Source: a virus. From it: a DNA stretch of 36,751 nt. Both the position numbers and the translations under genes were made by a program. Of this stretch, positions 33,466 through 36,751 are shown piece by piece. The notes beneath the pieces are model-generated. The model worked only from the letters and a program-made list of their open reading frames with translations. It made no database searches and was not told the origin of the DNA. The DNA is taken from the IMG/VR virus record IMGVR_UViG_3300045988_077255; one strand, given 5' to 3'. Position 1 is the first letter of the stretch. Every line of letters starts with the position of its first letter.

Positions 33466-33915
33466 ATGCATGACATTATGAAAAGAATGAAAACTAGACG
33501 TGAAGAATTAAATATGTCTTATCAAACTCTTTCTGAAAAAGTAGGTATTAGTAAATCTACTCTTCAAAGATATGAAACAGGATATATAAAAAATATGCCT
33601 GTTGATAAATTAGAAGAAATTGCAAACGCTCTTGAAATTTCTCCCCTATATCTAATGGGATGGGAAGAAAAAGAAATTTCTCAAATGTCTAGAGTAAAAG
33701 AAAGAATTTTCGGTGCGGTCACAATCATGAGTGAAAAGGATGCCGAAAAAATTTGGGAATTAATTCAAGCTACTTTTGTTTTAGGCAACGCAGAGGAAGT
33801 TCCAGCCGAACCAGAAGAAATTGAAACATTGAATGCTTATCAAAACGGAAATCCCGAATATCAACCACGCTACACTCATGAAGAAATGTTAAGAGAACTT
33901 GGCTTAGAGAAGTAA
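33466..33915 (+). CDS. Second XRE-family HTH regulator
   Basis: 149 aa, reading MSYQTLSEKVGISKSTLQRYETGYIKNMPVDKLEEIANALEISPLYLMGW. Confidence 0.75.
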   Translation: MHDIMKRMKTRREELNMSYQTLSEKVGISKSTLQRYETGYIKNMPVDKLEEIANALEISPLYLMGWEEKEISQMSRVKERIFGAVTIMSEKDAEKIWELIQATFVLGNAEEVPAEPEEIETLNAYQNGNPEYQPRYTHEEMLRELGLEK

Positions 33916-34020
33916 AAATCCATAGACAATTTAATACCGATGAGGTTATAATAAAATCACATAGCCGTTGACCGGCAGTATAGAAGCCATAGCACTCAGA
34001 CAACTGACGTGCAGTATCAA

Positions 34021-34049
34021 AGACCTCGTAGTAATGCGGGGTCTTTTTT
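34021..34049 (+). terminator. Rho-independent terminator
   Basis: AGACCUCG-UAGUAAUG-CGGGGUCU (8 bp, one G.U) followed by UUUUUU. Confidence 0.7.
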
Positions 34050-34124
34050 ACTTAATAAATAGTACAAAAGATAAAATAAGGGAATCAATCTACATTATAA
34101 AAAACAAGTAAAGGAGAATTGCCA

Positions 34125-35309
34125 ATGAAAAGAAAAATTGTAACAATGCTTCTACTGGCTACATTATCAGTCAGTGTCGTAGGATGCGGAACCAGTTCCT
34201 CTTCCGGAAGCACAAAAGAAGACACTAAAACTTCCCAAAGTGAAGAAAAAGAGGAAGAGGCAAAAGAACCAACTGACTTAACAGGTGTATGGGCATCTGA
34301 AAATAAAGATGGTTCTTATCAAGAAGCAACAATAACCGACGATTCTATCGAAATCAACTGGATTTCCGATGATGGGGCAACAAAATCCATTTATTGGTCT
34401 GGAACATATACTGCACCAACCGAGTTTGTTGAAGAATATTCATGGACTTCTGATAGGAATAAAGAAAAAACAGATTCCGCATTGCTTGCATCGACTGATG
34501 ATACCAAAGAATTTACATACAAAAATGGGAAAATCAGTTATGAAGTCTCAGCAATGGGTACAACTTCTACTGTTGAATTGACTCAAACTTCTAAAGATGC
34601 TCCAGAAACAGCAACTGAATCAGAAACCGGAACAAGTGATACAACTACTTCTGATTCTTCATCCTCTGACACTGCAAATAATACTTCCAAAGAACAAGCT
34701 TCTTTTGAAGTTACTTATAAGAATGTTTCATTTTACCGAGATAGCATCTCTGATTTAATTGGACAGTCTATTGTTGAAATTGAAAATACTGGAAGTAGTA
34801 ATTTGTATTTAGATTTCAGTTCCTATGAATTAACTGCAGAAGATGGAACAATCATTCATACAACCAGTGGAAGTTTTACACCTGCTCCTCAAGTAATTGA
34901 ACCAGGTGAAAAAGGTTATTATTACGAAGAACAACTTATGGATGACCAAACTCCAACCGAAGGAATTACAATCACTCCTCACATTAATGCTTCCACTGCG
35001 AAAGTAGACAATGTTCGCTTAGAAGTAAGTAATACAGAGGTTTACGATAAGGATATGGGTAGTGTTGACTTACACGGAAAAGTAAAAAACACAACCGGAG
35101 CAGCTCAGACAGATATTTGTGTAACTGCGGTCTTATTCAATGAAAATGCTGAACCGATTGGTCAGCTTTCGACTGTTCTTGCAAACACTTTACAGCCTGA
35201 TGAAGAAATTGGATTTGAATTAGAACCGGTATTTCTTCCGGAAGATATCACAAGCGCATCCATTGCAGATTATAAAGTATTCGCTTATACAAATCAGTAT
35301 CAATACTAA
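34125..35309 (+). CDS. Prophage lipoprotein (candidate superinfection-exclusion factor)
   Basis: AAGGAG-N8-ATG at 34125. Signal peptide with lipobox LSVSVVG-C, an S/T/E-rich linker, and a beta-rich DUF4352-like C-terminal half (SIVEIENTGSSNLYLDFSSYELTAEDG). Confidence 0.8.
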   Translation: MKRKIVTMLLLATLSVSVVGCGTSSSSGSTKEDTKTSQSEEKEEEAKEPTDLTGVWASENKDGSYQEATITDDSIEINWISDDGATKSIYWSGTYTAPTEFVEEYSWTSDRNKEKTDSALLASTDDTKEFTYKNGKISYEVSAMGTTSTVELTQTSKDAPETATESETGTSDTTTSDSSSSDTANNTSKEQASFEVTYKNVSFYRDSISDLIGQSIVEIENTGSSNLYLDFSSYELTAEDGTIIHTTSGSFTPAPQVIEPGEKGYYYEEQLMDDQTPTEGITITPHINASTAKVDNVRLEVSNTEVYDKDMGSVDLHGKVKNTTGAAQTDICVTAVLFNENAEPIGQLSTVLANTLQPDEEIGFELEPVFLPEDITSASIADYKVFAYTNQYQY

Positions 35310-35320
35310 TATTTATTAAC

Positions 35321-35356
35321 AAAAGAAAAACCGGCTCCTGCTCCAACAGAAACCGG
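35321..35356 (-). terminator. Minus-strand-specific rho-independent terminator between the lipoprotein gene and int
   Basis: Minus strand reads CCGGUUUCUG-UUGGAG-CAGGAGCCGG (10 bp, two G.U) followed by UUUUUCUUUU. On the plus strand the G.U pairs become C.A mismatches and there is no U-run. Confidence 0.6.
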
Positions 35357-35490
35357 CATACACAAGTAAATATCCAGAGATGATACATCTCCTATTAACA
35401 AAATTATTGTATCATCTCCGGAGCAGTCACGCAAGCAGAACATCTGTTCCAAGCTGGCTGTTATTTTTATACCCAAAAAGGAGTGATAAC

Positions 35491-36621
35491 ATGGCAACAG
35501 CACGAAAACTTGTATCAGGCTCTTGGCGATGTCAGGTATACAGTCACACGGAAGAAATTATTCAACCAGATGGCTCCGTTAAACAGAAACGTTTTTACAA
35601 ATCGTTTACCTGTGACGTACCTGGTCCAAAAGGCAAGCGAATGGCAGAGCGGATGGCTGCCGAATGGGCTTCTGAAAAGGAGCATAAGAAAAATATCTTA
35701 AACTGCACGATTGGTGAAGCGATTGAGATGTATATTAACTCAAAAGATGGTATCTTAAGCCCCTCTACAATAGCCGGATACAAAAGGATGCAAAAAAATG
35801 GATTTAAACATATCATGAATACTTATCTTACAAGTGTTGATAAGGAATACCTGCAAGAGGCAGTAAACCGTGAAGCCAAGCGAAAGAGCCTCAAAAGACC
35901 AACAGAAACTATTTCACCAAAGACCGTAAAAAATGAATATGGCTTAATCAGTGCAGCTTTAAATGCTTTCTGCCAAGGAATTGATACCAATGTAAAACTT
36001 CCTACCGTTCCGGTATTAATTAAAGATTTACAGACTCCTGATGCAATCTTTGCTGTATTCGAGGGCACAGACATCGAACTGCCAGTGTTACTTGCTATGT
36101 GGCTTAGTTTCTCAGTGTCAGAAATTCGTGGTCTTACAAAATCAAAATCTATCTCTAAGGACGGAAATTATATATCAATCACGGAAACAGTTGTAAAAGT
36201 GGATAATGACGATATTAGAAAGAAAGAAGCAAAAAATAATACCAGAATCCGCAGACACAGGATTCCGGAATATATAAAAAGCTTAATTGAAAAAGTACCT
36301 GGCGATGTGCTTGTACCATATTCCTATAACACCCTCTATAAGCGTTTCCAGTACTTATTAGAAGAGTCCGATATGCCACACATGACATTTCACGACCTCA
36401 GACACATAAATGCCTCTGTCATGGCACAGCTTCGTGTACCGGATAAATATGCCCAGGAACGTGGTGGCTGGAAAACAGACCAGATAATGAAAAAAGTATA
36501 CACTCATACCTTTTCAGATGAACGAATTGCAGTGGATAATGTTATGGATAATTTCTTTGAAAACATTGTTCAGAATCTTTCGAATTGTATGAATTGTTTA
36601 GACAAGCCCTCTCATGAATAA
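35491..36621 (+). CDS. int: Tyrosine integrase
   Basis: Track ORF is 35380..36621. ATG at 35491 lies behind AAAGGAGTGATAAC. Catalytic residues: R in SEIRGL, HDLRH, and Y in KKVYTHT. Confidence 0.9.
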   Translation: MATARKLVSGSWRCQVYSHTEEIIQPDGSVKQKRFYKSFTCDVPGPKGKRMAERMAAEWASEKEHKKNILNCTIGEAIEMYINSKDGILSPSTIAGYKRMQKNGFKHIMNTYLTSVDKEYLQEAVNREAKRKSLKRPTETISPKTVKNEYGLISAALNAFCQGIDTNVKLPTVPVLIKDLQTPDAIFAVFEGTDIELPVLLAMWLSFSVSEIRGLTKSKSISKDGNYISITETVVKVDNDDIRKKEAKNNTRIRRHRIPEYIKSLIEKVPGDVLVPYSYNTLYKRFQYLLEESDMPHMTFHDLRHINASVMAQLRVPDKYAQERGGWKTDQIMKKVYTHTFSDERIAVDNVMDNFFENIVQNLSNCMNCLDKPSHE

Positions 36622-36690
36622 ATCTCTTCATGAGAGGAAAAACACCCATTTTTAGCTATTTTAAAAACTATGCAACACGAAATGCAACAC

Positions 36691-36720
36691 AAAATAAAAA
36701 AAGTACCGTAAATACAGTAC
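36691..36720 (-). terminator. Rho-independent terminator of the target tRNA (copy within repeat 2)
   Basis: Same hairpin plus U-run as 25..54. Confidence 0.6.
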
Positions 36721-36728
36721 TTTTAAAG

Positions 36729-36751
36729 CAGGGGATGAGGGATTCGAACCC
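36729..36751 (-). tRNA. 3' end of a minus-strand tRNA gene continuing beyond the window (Trp-like: A1:U72, G73)
   Basis: GGG-TTCGAAT-CCCTC-ATCCCCT-G, truncated by the window edge. Confidence 0.55.

Larger units (their letters stand above)
1..36751. mobile_element. Complete temperate siphovirus-type phage genome (prophage cut at att sites, or circular contig closed by a terminal repeat)
   Basis: Full lysis, tail, head, packaging, replication and lysogeny gene set. Tyrosine integrase at the right end. Identical 85-bp direct repeats at both window ends carry a tRNA 3' end. Confidence 0.9.
36667..36751. repeat. Direct terminal repeat copy 2 (att core or contig-closing repeat)
   Basis: Identical to 1..85 and runs to the window end. 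Confidence 0.9.

Noticed and set aside
35306-36074. Minus-strand ORFs antisense to int and its upstream region (35306..35503, 35595..35816, 35823..36074), considered as excisionase candidates
   Set aside because: They have no RBS or HTH motif, and one reads through a terminator hairpin. They are probably antisense artefacts, so no excisionase could be identified.
1-36751. Stop-codon recoding linked to the phage tRNA-like gene
   Set aside because: All structural and early genes are intact under the standard code. The tRNA-like anticodon region contains no CUA, UCA or UUA in an anticodon position.

Overview
The window is a complete ~36.7-kb temperate siphovirus-type phage genome from a low-GC Firmicute, probably Clostridia-like. 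It is either a prophage cut at its att sites or a circular contig closed by a terminal repeat. Identical 85-bp direct repeats bound it (1..85 = 36667..36751). Each repeat carries the 3' end of a minus-strand tRNA with a Trp-like acceptor end, plus that tRNA's terminator. Almost all genes lie on the minus strand. From left to right: lysis (amidase, holin); collagen-like/CBM tail fibres; baseplate; a tape measure gene split by a 345-nt ORF-less group I intron; tail and head-tail genes; capsid and scaffold; a terminator-bracketed moron cassette with a G9 tract; a MuF/gp7 head protein fused to an HExxH domain, followed by two unannotated zinc-ribbon mini-genes; portal; TerL; TerS; a strong terminator; an aberrant tRNA-like gene; hicAB with its own consensus promoter and operator; a sigma-like late regulator; replication and recombination genes (replisome organiser, ERF, Gp157); a hexapeptide-repeat protein; a Bro antirepressor; an XRE gene; an opposite-strand HExxH moron; and a Cro-like gene. 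A divergent genetic switch follows. The plus-strand lysogeny block is a CI-like XRE, an ImmA-like peptidase, a second XRE, a lipoprotein and a tyrosine integrase. All family names come from motif recognition by eye, with no database search. Start codons were refined from the ORF track using RBS context.
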